Below, in pieces: positions 32,052 through 42,531 of a stretch of DNA of 46,478 nucleotides. Position 1 is the first letter of the stretch. Every line of letters starts with the position of its first letter. The stretch is from the IMG/VR virus record IMGVR_UViG_3300050161_000017, positions 1 through 46,478 of that record; one strand, 5' to 3'. The DNA is from a virus. The position numbers and the translations under genes are program-made. The notes under the pieces are model-generated. The model was not told the DNA's origin, did no database searches, and saw only the letters and a program-made list of their open reading frames with translations.

Positions 32052-32444
32052 TTACGGCCTCCTCGTTGAGTAGAACATTTCACAGAGACCATTTTCAGTC
32101 TCTACTTCACCAAGCGATTTGAAACCGACTTGTCGGATAAGCCATTTGGCTTTTCTGTTATTGATTTCAATTAAACCTACTGCTATACGGACTGGACAGA
32201 CCCTGCAAAACTCTTCGAACATATCCTTTGTCAACTGGATAGCCTCCCTTCCTCGGGCGGCGTCGAAACAGAAGTGAACCCAGTACGTTCCGGGGCTTTT
32301 GTACTCCCCGAATGCGATGTTGTCGCCTTCCATCAGAGCATAGTTCTCTTCTTTAGCAAACCAGTCTTCTACGTCAAACGTAAAATACTGAGGATACTTA
32401 TCAGCCACTCTCCTGCACTCAGCAGGGTCTGTCAATCTTCTCAT
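32052..32444 (-). CDS. Possible GNAT-fold acetyltransferase (130 aa)
   Basis: WVHFCFDAARGREAIQLTKDMFEEF...NNRKAKWLIRQVGFKSLG resembles the GNAT beta4-alpha3 and beta5-alpha4 regions. Tentative. Confidence 0.5.
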   Translation of the reverse strand: MRRLTDPAECRRVADKYPQYFTFDVEDWFAKEENYALMEGDNIAFGEYKSPGTYWVHFCFDAARGREAIQLTKDMFEEFCRVCPVRIAVGLIEINNRKAKWLIRQVGFKSLGEVETENGLCEMFYSTRRP

Positions 32445-34862
32445 TTAAGCCGCCAAAGAACCCGCTGCATCCGTAGCTGATCTCAAAAACCTATCACTGT
32501 CATATCTGACAATAGAGGGTTTAAGATTAGAAAGCGCTTCGCCTTGGATATTAAAATCACCACCAATGGCGTTTACAAAGATGCTGGCTCTGGTTCCACC
32601 AGTAGTAGTCCCGGTAGCACCTGAGGGGGTAGTCGCCCCTGTCATCAGGTGGTTATTAGTGATGACCTGATCGGTGTCAGGTGTGCCGCCCCATGTCAAA
32701 GTCGGCATGATGTTATTTGCGATCAAGCAGTAACTTCCGGGGTTATAACCTTGGTCTGCCCTCAAGACGACACCCTGAGACGACCACGAATTATGCGCTA
32801 CGACTAGATGACTTGTATTGCCGGGACCAAACTGAGAGAGAAGTCCATCAGTAGAGACATTATCAAAGGCGTTATTCAAGATAAGAATATCTCTCATATT
32901 AACCGTGTAGGCGTTTAAGAAGATGTCCTGACAGCTCGAATTAATAACTGTATTACTGGCAATAATCAAATTCTCTTGCGCCGTACTAGCATCTCTCATC
33001 TGATACCAGTCGGGGTGTAGCCCTAGATTAGTGACCAGAGTGACAATAACTGATTTGGCGTTAGTCGCAGAAAACGCACCACCACCGCTACCAACAACAC
33101 CAAGACAAGCAGCCTGACGGCTGTTGTTAAGAAGAGTGGCGCTCCAACCTGTATTCGTATTAATCCACGTCACTACGTTTTGAACGGTATAGTTTGTATT
33201 CGTTAGGTAAGCCGCGTTGTCATAGTTGACTGTGAACGTACCTACGGAAGAGCCGTTTTGCTTCAAAGTTACGACTCGTGTATCACCAACCCCACCAGAA
33301 ACCTCAATCGTCGCCGTCGTAGCCGCGCCCGCATAAGTAACCGTCATCGCAGAGAGGTCGTTGGTAAAACCTGCCGAGGTCAAATTTGTGGTCATAGTGT
33401 CAATGACGCAGAAACTGTCGCTGAACAAGTCGCTGGTCATATTAGTAAACGTGCCGCCTCTTACCAGACTGCAAGTCGTAGCGGCATATGAGAGATTACT
33501 AAAAGCACACTCAGTAATCCAAGGGTTCTCACGCCACAGATTTGAGATGTTAGGGGTGCTGCCCCTGTAAAGAGCATATTGCCCCCCAGAGTTGGTTACG
33601 TTTATCCCATCCAACCAGAGGCGGGCACCCGCTTCCGTGTAAAATCCTGTGGTATTCACGAAGTCAAACGTGATATTAGGCCCTTGGAAGTGCAAAGCAA
33701 AAACAGACGGTCTCAAAGTGGCATTGACACCATCGCCCGCGTAGGTTGTCAGGTTTTTAATAACTACAGGTACAGTAGCTGTGACATGAACCCAGTTGTT
33801 GTTTACAACGTAATTGAATGACGGGGTGATAAGATCGTAAGGACCACCACCTGTCATAGTTACGATGGGGTTTTCCTTAGCCTGTGTCCTAAGATAGTCA
33901 AATGCAGCAGAAAGACTTTGATACCGAGTCCCTGCAATCACAGAGAGAGTGCTGTTGACTTCGATTGTGGCATCATAGAGGGTGGCTTGTGGGCTGAACT
34001 GGAAGGGGCCAATGACACGAGACTGCATTGCAGCATCTCTAGGAACAGCCCGGAAATATACCCGACCATGTCCTGAAAGACCGGAAGGTTTCTTGAGAGT
34101 AACCCAGTAACCGAAACGGGTCTGTTCTATCCCTCTAGCGTCAGTATAAGTGTAATACTGGGGGTCTTTCAGACTGATGGGGTTATTGTTTTCAAAATAA
34201 ACATCTACCCGACGCAACCCCATTGTGTTGAGGAACGAACCGGAGTCATTCGCCCCAGCTACGACACCTACTACAAGCGTATCAGTAAATCGCTGGTTAG
34301 GGGGGACAATCAAGCGAAGCGCCGGTTTAGCCGTAGTCCTCGTAGGATCAGTCGGCTCTGCAGTGGAGAACCCGCTGCCCGCAGTTCCGGTCCACAGAGG
34401 TCCGGGGGATAGGTTAGTAGGTGTGTAAGGGAACAACGCTTGTACCTCCGTTAAGTAATCAGCAGCTTCAGCAGCAGCAGCTTCAGCCCGATTGGCTGCA
34501 TTGGTGTAGTCTGCCCCGGCTACGGCTTTGATAGCTACAATATCATTTGAGATTATATTAAGCTGAGAAGCCAAATCAGACGCCATAGCGACAGGGAGTG
34601 GGTCTAGGTCGATGACGTTACCGTTTGTGTAGGTATCCCGACGACGGTACGCAATAGAGCTTGACAGGAAGACCTTCGGCATCAAACCACCGACAGCAAC
34701 TGTCAGGGGGTTGGGGAGAGGAGTCGTCAGCGCCACATCGGCCCAGATGGGGGCTAGGTTAGTAGTCCCAGAGTAGTAGAAGGTGATAACACCCCCGGTA
34801 GCTGCGCCCGTCGGAGACAGGAGCCGGTCGTTACCGAAGAAGTGAGGGATACCTACAGTCAT
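32445..34862 (-). CDS. Tailspike / tail fibre protein (805 aa), probably with a beta-helix body
   Basis: Size; Ala-rich coiled neck AEAAAAEAADYL; long N/T/G-rich repeat-like body. Confidence 0.75.
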   Translation of the reverse strand: MTVGIPHFFGNDRLLSPTGAATGGVITFYYSGTTNLAPIWADVALTTPLPNPLTVAVGGLMPKVFLSSSIAYRRRDTYTNGNVIDLDPLPVAMASDLASQLNIISNDIVAIKAVAGADYTNAANRAEAAAAEAADYLTEVQALFPYTPTNLSPGPLWTGTAGSGFSTAEPTDPTRTTAKPALRLIVPPNQRFTDTLVVGVVAGANDSGSFLNTMGLRRVDVYFENNNPISLKDPQYYTYTDARGIEQTRFGYWVTLKKPSGLSGHGRVYFRAVPRDAAMQSRVIGPFQFSPQATLYDATIEVNSTLSVIAGTRYQSLSAAFDYLRTQAKENPIVTMTGGGPYDLITPSFNYVVNNNWVHVTATVPVVIKNLTTYAGDGVNATLRPSVFALHFQGPNITFDFVNTTGFYTEAGARLWLDGINVTNSGGQYALYRGSTPNISNLWRENPWITECAFSNLSYAATTCSLVRGGTFTNMTSDLFSDSFCVIDTMTTNLTSAGFTNDLSAMTVTYAGAATTATIEVSGGVGDTRVVTLKQNGSSVGTFTVNYDNAAYLTNTNYTVQNVVTWINTNTGWSATLLNNSRQAACLGVVGSGGGAFSATNAKSVIVTLVTNLGLHPDWYQMRDASTAQENLIIASNTVINSSCQDIFLNAYTVNMRDILILNNAFDNVSTDGLLSQFGPGNTSHLVVAHNSWSSQGVVLRADQGYNPGSYCLIANNIMPTLTWGGTPDTDQVITNNHLMTGATTPSGATGTTTGGTRASIFVNAIGGDFNIQGEALSNLKPSIVRYDSDRFLRSATDAAGSLAA

Positions 34863-34871
34863 TGTTGATCC

Positions 34872-35465
34872 TTAATACTGAATACTGCCGATACCGCTAA
34901 CCCCGACGTAATATCCGTCCAAGGCAAGTCCAAGGGCTATAGGGGTTGTAGCAGAGCCGACAAGGTGCCTATCACCATTCTGTGCCGCCGTTAGTTGATT
35001 TGTTGTAACCACGTAAGTCACCGCACCGCCAGCTCTAGATGGTTGGTCGTAGTAAATATAGTAGGTTGTAGAGTAGGCAAGCCCGGCCACAGACCCACCC
35101 GCTACTGAAACACTTACACCGTCACCATACAATCTAGTATGTGCTGAAATGCTTATAGAGGCCGAAGCCCCTGCATCTGATGCTACGATTGAAATACCTG
35201 TCACACCACTATTAGTTAATGACGCTAATGCGGCGGCTTCAGCAGCAGCAGTGTTTGCGACCGCTGCTGCATCTGCTGCGACTGCTGCTGCTGCTGAGGC
35301 ATCTGCTGCTGCTGCATTAATAGTAACCAGAGCGGCTTGAATCTCGGGCAATGCGAGAATTTCGTTAATATTTATTTCGATCTGGGACATTGCCTGATCC
35401 CAGTAGCGCTCAAAGAGTTGCGGCTGGTCTTTCCAGCCAAGAGGAAGGCGCGGGAGTTTAATCAT
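34872..35465 (-). CDS. Tail protein (197 aa) with an Ala-rich coiled segment
   Basis: ATG at 35465 overlaps the upstream stop (AATGATTAA). Starts MIKLPRLPLGWKDQPQLFERYWDQ. Confidence 0.65.
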   Translation of the reverse strand: MIKLPRLPLGWKDQPQLFERYWDQAMSQIEININEILALPEIQAALVTINAAAADASAAAAVAADAAAVANTAAAEAAALASLTNSGVTGISIVASDAGASASISISAHTRLYGDGVSVSVAGGSVAGLAYSTTYYIYYDQPSRAGGAVTYVVTTNQLTAAQNGDRHLVGSATTPIALGLALDGYYVGVSGIGSIQY

Positions 35466-36831
35466 TAAATGTAGCCCCATCAAACCTAAACGATTGGATT
35501 TCACTAAACCTAATCTCGATAAACCTACCGGGACGGTTAATACGGCCTAACGACCTAAACCCTACATAGGTGTCATAAAGACCTTGAGAACCAACCGATC
35601 CTTGTACATAATCAGACCAAGTATGACCACCATCGTCAGACCACCGGACCTCAATCACCGGATAAACTAAGTAAGAGTTAGAGAATCCATAATTGAGAAA
35701 GAGGTGGATATTATTACAGATGATAGAGTTAGTGCTGATATTTGGGATAAAACCGCTTACTTCACAAACAAGATAATCTACACCCGTGTCTACACTGTCA
35801 TAAGACAGCTTATACACCTGACCGTCGAAATTAGTAATACAATAAACAGCATCTTCGATGTGAATACCTGACACTGCGTTCCATGTATCTTTTAGATAAG
35901 TAGACCACCTATACCACAACCCTGTAGTTAGGTCATATACAAGCGTAGCCACTTCGGTTGAGAGGACGTAGAAGTCATGACGATTGGTCCTGAAAGACCA
36001 TGCCGTAAAAGTCGAAGAACGCTTCAAGACTTCTTCAATAGATTCATTACTGATTTTAGAAGGTACACCTTGGGCGAGGATAACCTCTTTACTTGGCGTA
36101 ACCCAAACAAGACAAGGTAAGGAATCTTTCAGTGTTCTCACTACTGAGTGCTTATCGACACAACCTGTCTGGTAAGCTCTCCCGGAGATGCGGACAAAAG
36201 GAGCGTTGACATCTCCAGAGTCTACAAACACCTCCGCCGTAGATTGGCCGAGTATCCAAAGCTCGTCACCGACCGACATTACGCTGACGATGTCATCCGG
36301 GTTTCGTTCAGCCGATGCAAAAGACAGAGGATCGATTGTAGACTCTCCGGGGAGAATCCAATAGAATTTATTAGTCCCGCTGCTGCCTATGATGAAATAG
36401 TTGTCAAGGCTGGTAACATCTGTCACTGTTTGTTCGTCTGGAATCTCAACCACTAGCAAAGTCACTCCGTCGTACAAGAAAAGCCCTCCGTCACCTACTA
36501 CAGCAATACCATAAATGGTCGATGCAAAGGTGCAGAAATCAGTGCCGGGGATTTCCCCCAGAACTTCATAACTTGTTAGGTCGGGTGTAAGCCTGCAAAG
36601 GCTTTGACCGGCTACAACATAAATCGTAGTGACGCCGCCTTGAGCTTGATACCAAATACCTCTTAGGGCATTGCCTAAATCCAGAAAAGAGGCTAGAGTA
36701 GGTCTTGGGATATACGAAAGACCTGAGAGGCTAAGAGGGTTTTGAACAGAGTACATATTACTGAGCCTAACCCTCGATATGTTCTCTGAAAGAGATTCAA
36801 AATCTTGGTCAGTAAAATTGATTACAGGCAT
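35458..36831 (-). CDS. Tail hub protein, P22 gp10-like by position and size (457 aa)
   Basis: Gene order adaptor, then hub. The N-terminal pattern is reminiscent of P22 gp10. Confidence 0.6.
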   Translation of the reverse strand: MPVINFTDQDFESLSENISRVRLSNMYSVQNPLSLSGLSYIPRPTLASFLDLGNALRGIWYQAQGGVTTIYVVAGQSLCRLTPDLTSYEVLGEIPGTDFCTFASTIYGIAVVGDGGLFLYDGVTLLVVEIPDEQTVTDVTSLDNYFIIGSSGTNKFYWILPGESTIDPLSFASAERNPDDIVSVMSVGDELWILGQSTAEVFVDSGDVNAPFVRISGRAYQTGCVDKHSVVRTLKDSLPCLVWVTPSKEVILAQGVPSKISNESIEEVLKRSSTFTAWSFRTNRHDFYVLSTEVATLVYDLTTGLWYRWSTYLKDTWNAVSGIHIEDAVYCITNFDGQVYKLSYDSVDTGVDYLVCEVSGFIPNISTNSIICNNIHLFLNYGFSNSYLVYPVIEVRWSDDGGHTWSDYVQGSVGSQGLYDTYVGFRSLGRINRPGRFIEIRFSEIQSFRFDGATFND

Positions 36832-36837
36832 CGGTGC

Positions 36838-37557
36838 TTACCTTCTGGAAAATCCGCTATAACCTGATCCCGACAACCACACCAAACCAATCTCACTCAG
36901 TTGCTCACTTTTCTGTGCATAACGAGAACGAAAAAGATTGCGTTGTCTACGAAAGTTCAACATAGATTGATCGTCTACCGACGCCCCGTTACGTGGGTTT
37001 AGCCGAAGTGCGAGACCAATAACAAACATGTCCTCAAACTCTGTAGGAAACGGGAAAGTGTCCTCCAAAGTTAAATCTGTCACAAGCATCCACGAACCAA
37101 TATCAGCTCTATAGAACCACTCTTTATTAATATAATCAGTTGAAAGGACTGCTGATGTTGCAGAGTCGATTTGTCTTCCATTACCTTTAATAGTTAGGGG
37201 GAAGACACTGAAATTCCCAGATACATCTACAATTGCAACACGAGACCCGTCCTCTGGCTCAGGGTTCAGGTTAATAGTAGTGGATGCTGTGAGATTGGCG
37301 ACAAGGCGGGCGTTCAAAGGGACATAGTAAGGTGTGGTGAAATCAAAGACGAAAGGAAGATCGTCCGAAATTACGTTGTTATCACCTATCGAGTAGGATT
37401 GGAGCTTCTCCCCTACTTCATTGCCGAAAACCGACCTAACGAAACGATTCAAAAGTCGGAGGGCTTCATCCTGCTCATTTGCTGTTGGTGATTGAGTGAT
37501 GGGGATAAGGTTCGCTTCTCGAAAAGCGTCCTTGATAATTTCAGAAACAAGAGCCAT
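36838..37557 (-). CDS. Head-to-tail adaptor / head-completion protein (239 aa)
   Basis: ATG at 37557, 6 nt after AAGGA; position between the coat module and the hub gene. Confidence 0.6.
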   Translation of the reverse strand: MALVSEIIKDAFREANLIPITQSPTANEQDEALRLLNRFVRSVFGNEVGEKLQSYSIGDNNVISDDLPFVFDFTTPYYVPLNARLVANLTASTTINLNPEPEDGSRVAIVDVSGNFSVFPLTIKGNGRQIDSATSAVLSTDYINKEWFYRADIGSWMLVTDLTLEDTFPFPTEFEDMFVIGLALRLNPRNGASVDDQSMLNFRRQRNLFRSRYAQKSEQLSEIGLVWLSGSGYSGFSRR

Positions 37558-37573
37558 CAACAATCCTTATAAA

Positions 37574-37840
37574 TTAAACAGCGAGAGTGCCCGCAGCGCC
37601 AGCGCCAGTTACGATAGTGCCGCCTCTTGACCCAATGAAAAATGGGAGGTCATACCAAGTACCAGCTACGCCAGTAAAAGAAACCACCTGCGTCAGGACG
37701 CCTTGATCGTTATATCCGCTGATAGTAAACGTGCCTGCACCTGTACAGAATAAACCACCAATCGAGGGTGTGTTGATCGGTGCTGTCGCGCTAGCCACAA
37801 CCGGAAGAGGTTGGAACTGCGGACGAGTATGGTAGGACAT
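37574..37840 (-). CDS. Hypothetical small structural protein (88 aa)
   Basis: Gly/Thr-rich ORF directly downstream of the coat gene. Confidence 0.55.
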   Translation of the reverse strand: MSYHTRPQFQPLPVVASATAPINTPSIGGLFCTGAGTFTISGYNDQGVLTQVVSFTGVAGTWYDLPFFIGSRGGTIVTGAGAAGTLAV

Positions 37841-37852
37841 AGGAAACCTTTC

Positions 37853-37898
37853 GAGAAAAAGAAACCCCTCCCGTAGTAATTAAACCAGAGGGGAGGGG
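37853..37898 (-). terminator. Rho-independent terminator/attenuator just after the major capsid gene
   Basis: On the minus strand: CCCCTCCC, an 18-nt loop, GGGAGGGG, then TTTCTTTTTC. Confidence 0.55.
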
Positions 37899-37911
37899 CG
37901 TATTAGAGAGG

Positions 37912-39231
37912 TTAACCGTTCAGGCGGATAATCCGACGCCGATCACGGACGTTAGCCGTCAAAGCAACGTCAAACCGGACACGGTGATCGCCGGTAGCAA
38001 ACGCCGAGTCACGCCACATCCGGATGCTGAGAGGCACCTTAGTCAGCGACTTGCGCGATGCCTGACCAGTTGCCGGGGTGATGAGATCAACAGTGTTGAC
38101 AACAATCGCCTCCTTCTGGATGATGGCACGAGCACGAACCTGCGAGCTAGCGGCGGTGTTGAACGTAATCAAAGCAGCAGCACCGGGGATCGAGTCCACA
38201 GTAGCGTTAGCTGTGTTGACGTTAGCGTCCGAAGCGACACCACCAGTAGCAACCACAGCGGGCACAATCATGGCAGGGAAGACACGCATAGCGGCGATAA
38301 CACCAGCAGCAGCAGTGTAGTTACCGATCACTCGGAACTGCTGCTGACGACCGAGCGAAGCACCCAGACGGTTATCCCATGCGTTGACACCTGCAACGAC
38401 AAAGGTTTCGCCATCGTTGACGGTTTCTGTACCAACACCAACCGTGACGTTAATCGCCTGCGACATGTACTGACCCGGAGCTGCCGAGACCGACACCGCC
38501 GAGTAATTGACATGCTGGTTAGCAGCATTCATCTTGATGTTAGCACCCGAAGCCGCACGAGTACCCGAGGTCAGCGTGGGGAGCTGTTGGGTAAACGCAG
38601 TCGGAATACCAGCAACCGTGCCGTCAAAACCCTTACGATAGATACCGTCACCGATACCCTCAAGAGAGGCGTTATTACTGACGATTACGCTACCAAGAGC
38701 CTGCTTATCCGCATACGACAAGATCGAACGAAGATCGGCGTCATCGACACCCTCTTCTTTCAGGCGAGTATATGCCGACGCTACGTTGTCGTAGGTCGAG
38801 ATGTTGTTACCCGGAGTACCAACCCAGTTGTTAGAAGCAAGTACGGCAGTACGCAGAACGTAAGCATCAATCTTCTCTGCAAGGTTCAGGGCGGCATTCT
38901 TAATTGCCACACTTTCTCTTGCATCCCCGATGTCACGCACCTTCTGCCAATCACCATAACCCATCGAGGTGCCGAACACCTGATTGACCGTGAACTGTTC
39001 AGAACCGTAAATCATGTCCTGCACACCCGTGGTGAGGTCTGCTACCCCTGAGCTGGTCTGCGTAACCGCAAAGCGGGGACCGACCTGCTCAGAAATCTGG
39101 AGACGATTTCGGTCTTCAAATTCGCCATCATACTGCTTCCACGACACAAGGTCTGCACAAGCGAGGTTATTCTGGAAGATAGCAGCAAACGCGTTAAGGA
39201 CGAGTTTAGATTGATCGACTACAATAGCCAT
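37912..39231 (-). CDS. Major capsid protein (439 aa), P22 coat-like by size and position
   Basis: Follows the scaffold gene and is followed by a terminator. The antisense ORF 37984..39051 is treated as a shadow. Confidence 0.8.
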   Translation of the reverse strand: MAIVVDQSKLVLNAFAAIFQNNLACADLVSWKQYDGEFEDRNRLQISEQVGPRFAVTQTSSGVADLTTGVQDMIYGSEQFTVNQVFGTSMGYGDWQKVRDIGDARESVAIKNAALNLAEKIDAYVLRTAVLASNNWVGTPGNNISTYDNVASAYTRLKEEGVDDADLRSILSYADKQALGSVIVSNNASLEGIGDGIYRKGFDGTVAGIPTAFTQQLPTLTSGTRAASGANIKMNAANQHVNYSAVSVSAAPGQYMSQAINVTVGVGTETVNDGETFVVAGVNAWDNRLGASLGRQQQFRVIGNYTAAAGVIAAMRVFPAMIVPAVVATGGVASDANVNTANATVDSIPGAAALITFNTAASSQVRARAIIQKEAIVVNTVDLITPATGQASRKSLTKVPLSIRMWRDSAFATGDHRVRFDVALTANVRDRRRIIRLNG

Positions 39232-39256
39232 TTAGTTATATCCTTTGAAATAAAAT

Positions 39257-40225
39257 TTACCTCTCCTTCTTCGGCCAGAAGATACTGGCGAAGTCGTCGA
39301 GATTGTCAGTATCTGGGCTTACCGCCACACGGGTCTTTGAACCTTTGTTGACCTGTGGAGGAGGCGGAGCTTTCGATACCTTCGGATCGGATTTACGAGT
39401 CTGACCTTTGAACATTGCGTTGATCTCACCAAGCGCCAAAGTGGCGTTCAGTGGTCCGAGTTTAACAAACTTCTGAGCCTCGTCGAGGTTGTTTGCAAAA
39501 TAGTACAACACATCAGGACCATGCTCTAGTGATTTAATCGTTTGCACGAGATAGTCACTGTATTGAGGTTCTAGCCCATCGAAGGCGCTTTCAAGCCCTA
39601 GCGTCTTCTCGAGAAAGTCTTCATGCTGTTCCAAAACCGGGGTGAGTCGTTCGGCCCACTGGTTCTGAATATCTGCACGAGCTTGTTCGAGTTGTTGACG
39701 CTGAAGATTTTCAGCAGCTTCTTGTTCTTTCTTAGCCCACCCTGTATCTATGGTATGTCGCGCCATATCGCGGATGTACTGGGGATCATAAAGACCAAGA
39801 GGATACTTATCGGAACCGTCTTCGTTCCTTGCATCCGGGTCTGGTCCGGTATCCGGTACAGTAATAGAGAGTGTTTTGTCAGGCTCGTCCTGCTTATGCT
39901 GTGCAATCTTTAGTGCCTCAAGGGCACGTTCGGCTTCACGAGCACGAGCAGTTAGTTCGTTGATCCTTTCTTGAACACGGCTGACTTTCTTCGGTTTCTC
40001 GACAGGTTTAGTATCAGAGTCGTCGTCCCCGTCGGGAGCCTCATCCTCTACATCTTCCTGTTCACCACCGGAAACATCTTCGTCTTCACTGACGGGTTCA
40101 ACTTCGACAGGTTCGACCGTTTCCTCGTCTTTAACCTGCGCCTTGCCTCCGAACAAATCAGAAAAAGCATCAAGATCATCCGTATTCGGATCAACAAAGG
40201 TCGTATCATTAGGTTCATTAGACAT
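39257..40225 (-). CDS. Scaffolding protein (322 aa)
   Basis: Acidic N-terminus and a long helical, charged body, between the portal and coat genes. Confidence 0.7.
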   Translation of the reverse strand: MSNEPNDTTFVDPNTDDLDAFSDLFGGKAQVKDEETVEPVEVEPVSEDEDVSGGEQEDVEDEAPDGDDDSDTKPVEKPKKVSRVQERINELTARAREAERALEALKIAQHKQDEPDKTLSITVPDTGPDPDARNEDGSDKYPLGLYDPQYIRDMARHTIDTGWAKKEQEAAENLQRQQLEQARADIQNQWAERLTPVLEQHEDFLEKTLGLESAFDGLEPQYSDYLVQTIKSLEHGPDVLYYFANNLDEAQKFVKLGPLNATLALGEINAMFKGQTRKSDPKVSKAPPPPQVNKGSKTRVAVSPDTDNLDDFASIFWPKKER

Positions 40226-40320
40226 AGCTAATTTTGCGGTCCTTTAACCGTTGCTGCTTTTATTTGCGAGGTGGCGAGAGAGGAGCGGCAGAACCTCCCT
40301 CGGCTCGATGTAGTGCCCGC

Positions 40321-42441
40321 TTAAACTGCGGGTGTAGGTGTGGCAGCGGCTTGCTCAGCAACTCCTTGCTGTCGTTCAGCCATCTGCTTATCATGCTCGT
40401 GTGCATCAACTTCCATGTTCGCCTTAGATAGTTTCAAACCTCCTTCGAGGATGGCTTGAATATCTGATCGCTGTGAAAGTTCTGCATCGACTTGGTTATC
40501 AGACAGAGCACGAATACGCTGCGTCTCTGCGTTATAAACATCAATGACCAGCTTCTTAAGATCAATTTCCTTGTCAATCTTAAGCTGTTGATTCTCTTGT
40601 GCTAGAGCCTGCATCTCCATCTGCATTTGCTGGATTTGTGGATCAGGACCAGTCTGTTCATCAGGATCGAGGAACTGTTGGGGGATGGTCTTCTTGAGAC
40701 GCTCAGCAAGGTCATCAGCACCGGGCCAGTCTTGGGCCTTAGCTACGAGGTCGCCAGCAACTTGAAGAAGCTGAGGCCATACTTGGACCGCATCCATCAT
40801 CGCCTGAGCAGCCTCAACCCTACGAGTCGAATAGCTAGCACCAGTAGATAGCGCAACGTCATAACGGCCAACAGAAAGATCAGGAGACCTAGGATCGTTA
40901 GGATCGTTAATCTTCAAGAACTTGAGCTTCTCATCTTCCCCGATAATACGGACAATACGAGTACCGTCGTAGATTTGACTAATAAGCTGGTTCATGACGT
41001 CCCCGGCTTCGAGGACAGCGGCATTACCATTGTCGTAGTAAGTAATTGCAGCGATGTCGCCTTCACGTTGGCGAGCGTTAATAGCCCGACCACTTGTCTC
41101 ATTGGATTTAATACCCAACGAAGCATCGTGAATGCCGGTGACATCCTTCATGTCTTGGACGTTAGCTTCTGCCTCCTGATGGAGGGCGGCTTGCCACTTA
41201 GGAGGATCAAGCCGTTGGATGTTTTGGCCAATAATGGCCTCATCCGATACCTTGATCAGAGGATCGCGGGTAAGGTGGGCCTTTCTCAACTCATCTTCGT
41301 AACCCTCAACCGCACTTTCAGTTGCAATCCACTGTGCCTTAGGTGCATAACCCAACTGCTCAGCAGCGACACTCCGATGAAAGTTCCTCAGCCGAGCCGA
41401 GTCCTTCATAAATCGGACAATACCGTAACGAACACGACTACCGGCAAGATTGACTACCCGACCACTCATACGAACGATAGGAAGTCTATTCAAGCGGTAT
41501 TCATAAGGGCCAGACAAGATGTCGAAGCCAGTAACAAGGTGCATTTGAGCGTAAGTGCAGGGAGCCATGCGGGTCTTAGTGACACCGCCGTGCTTGGTGA
41601 TTAGATCATCAAGATTGTCCTCAATGAACCGAACAGAGCCGTCTTCAAACAAAGCAAGAAATCGTTGACGATCAATAAGACGCCAGTATTCTGTTACTCT
41701 AACACCTTCAGCCTCAATCCACCGAGTATTAACCATCTGGTTATAGGCTCTTGTGCCAAGTTCCGATGGTTTGCTGTTAGGCCACTTACGCTCAAAGTCC
41801 TTAGTAGGGATCAAGTCGTCGACAAAACAATGACGAGCATCTCGTCCTGTCGGATCAACGCTCGTTCTATCCCAGATTACGCTTAGTGAGTCTTCGATAG
41901 GCCGGACGAAAATGTCTTGATCGAATACATCGTCCTTTGCGTACTCGACAGCAACTCGGAAAGCGCCATCACCGCACTGGACTGCGCTCTCAAAAGTCGT
42001 ATCATAGACACGATCAGCACGAGACTGCGTTTCGATAGAGCGGATCAAATCTGCCCGGACATCTGCGAGGTCTTTATCACCCTCCTCTGAGGGGAGAACC
42101 TTGACACCTCTTTTATTCTCTCTCCAATCCCCTACGAGCTGGGCGATGAACTGGGGCACAGAGTTGATAACAAGACAAGGAAGACCCGCACGATCTGCAA
42201 GAACTACAGGCTCCCACTGTTCGCCGGCAGTAAATCTCTTATCCTCTAGAGCTTCGTCACGGTTATCACTGTCGAAATCGAAATCGAGATCATACTCTTC
42301 ACGCATGTCTTGGAGGAAAGCTTCTTTCGACTCGAAACCTTCGGGCACATAAGAAGCGGGAGAAGGAGTGGTGTCGAAGTTCAAGGTATTCAACTCGACC
42401 CCTTCACCCTCCTTGATTTTAGGTTTGCTATTAGCAGTCAT
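40321..42441 (-). CDS. Portal protein (706 aa) with a long C-terminal helical extension
   Basis: Size, its position after the terminase genes, and a glutamine-rich helical C-terminus as in P22-type portals. Confidence 0.8.
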   Translation of the reverse strand: MTANSKPKIKEGEGVELNTLNFDTTPSPASYVPEGFESKEAFLQDMREEYDLDFDFDSDNRDEALEDKRFTAGEQWEPVVLADRAGLPCLVINSVPQFIAQLVGDWRENKRGVKVLPSEEGDKDLADVRADLIRSIETQSRADRVYDTTFESAVQCGDGAFRVAVEYAKDDVFDQDIFVRPIEDSLSVIWDRTSVDPTGRDARHCFVDDLIPTKDFERKWPNSKPSELGTRAYNQMVNTRWIEAEGVRVTEYWRLIDRQRFLALFEDGSVRFIEDNLDDLITKHGGVTKTRMAPCTYAQMHLVTGFDILSGPYEYRLNRLPIVRMSGRVVNLAGSRVRYGIVRFMKDSARLRNFHRSVAAEQLGYAPKAQWIATESAVEGYEDELRKAHLTRDPLIKVSDEAIIGQNIQRLDPPKWQAALHQEAEANVQDMKDVTGIHDASLGIKSNETSGRAINARQREGDIAAITYYDNGNAAVLEAGDVMNQLISQIYDGTRIVRIIGEDEKLKFLKINDPNDPRSPDLSVGRYDVALSTGASYSTRRVEAAQAMMDAVQVWPQLLQVAGDLVAKAQDWPGADDLAERLKKTIPQQFLDPDEQTGPDPQIQQMQMEMQALAQENQQLKIDKEIDLKKLVIDVYNAETQRIRALSDNQVDAELSQRSDIQAILEGGLKLSKANMEVDAHEHDKQMAERQQGVAEQAAATPTPAV

Positions 42442-42531
42442 TTATTCGCTTCCTAAGTTCTGCGTACCGTTGTCAAAAGCAATAAAGCTGAAGCACGAAG
42501 CATTGTTCGACGACATTTTTATAGAGAATCA

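Noticed and set aside
37984-39051. 355-aa plus-strand ORF
   Set aside because: It lies entirely antisense to the major capsid gene. It has Arg/Ser/Thr-rich low-complexity composition and no RBS, so it is a typical shadow ORF of a GC-biased coding strand.
40226-40320. Imperfect hairpin between the portal and scaffold genes (CGAGGGAGG / CCTCTCTCG on the minus strand)
   Set aside because: It has one mismatch and no U-tract, which is insufficient to call a terminator. It may just be spacer structure.
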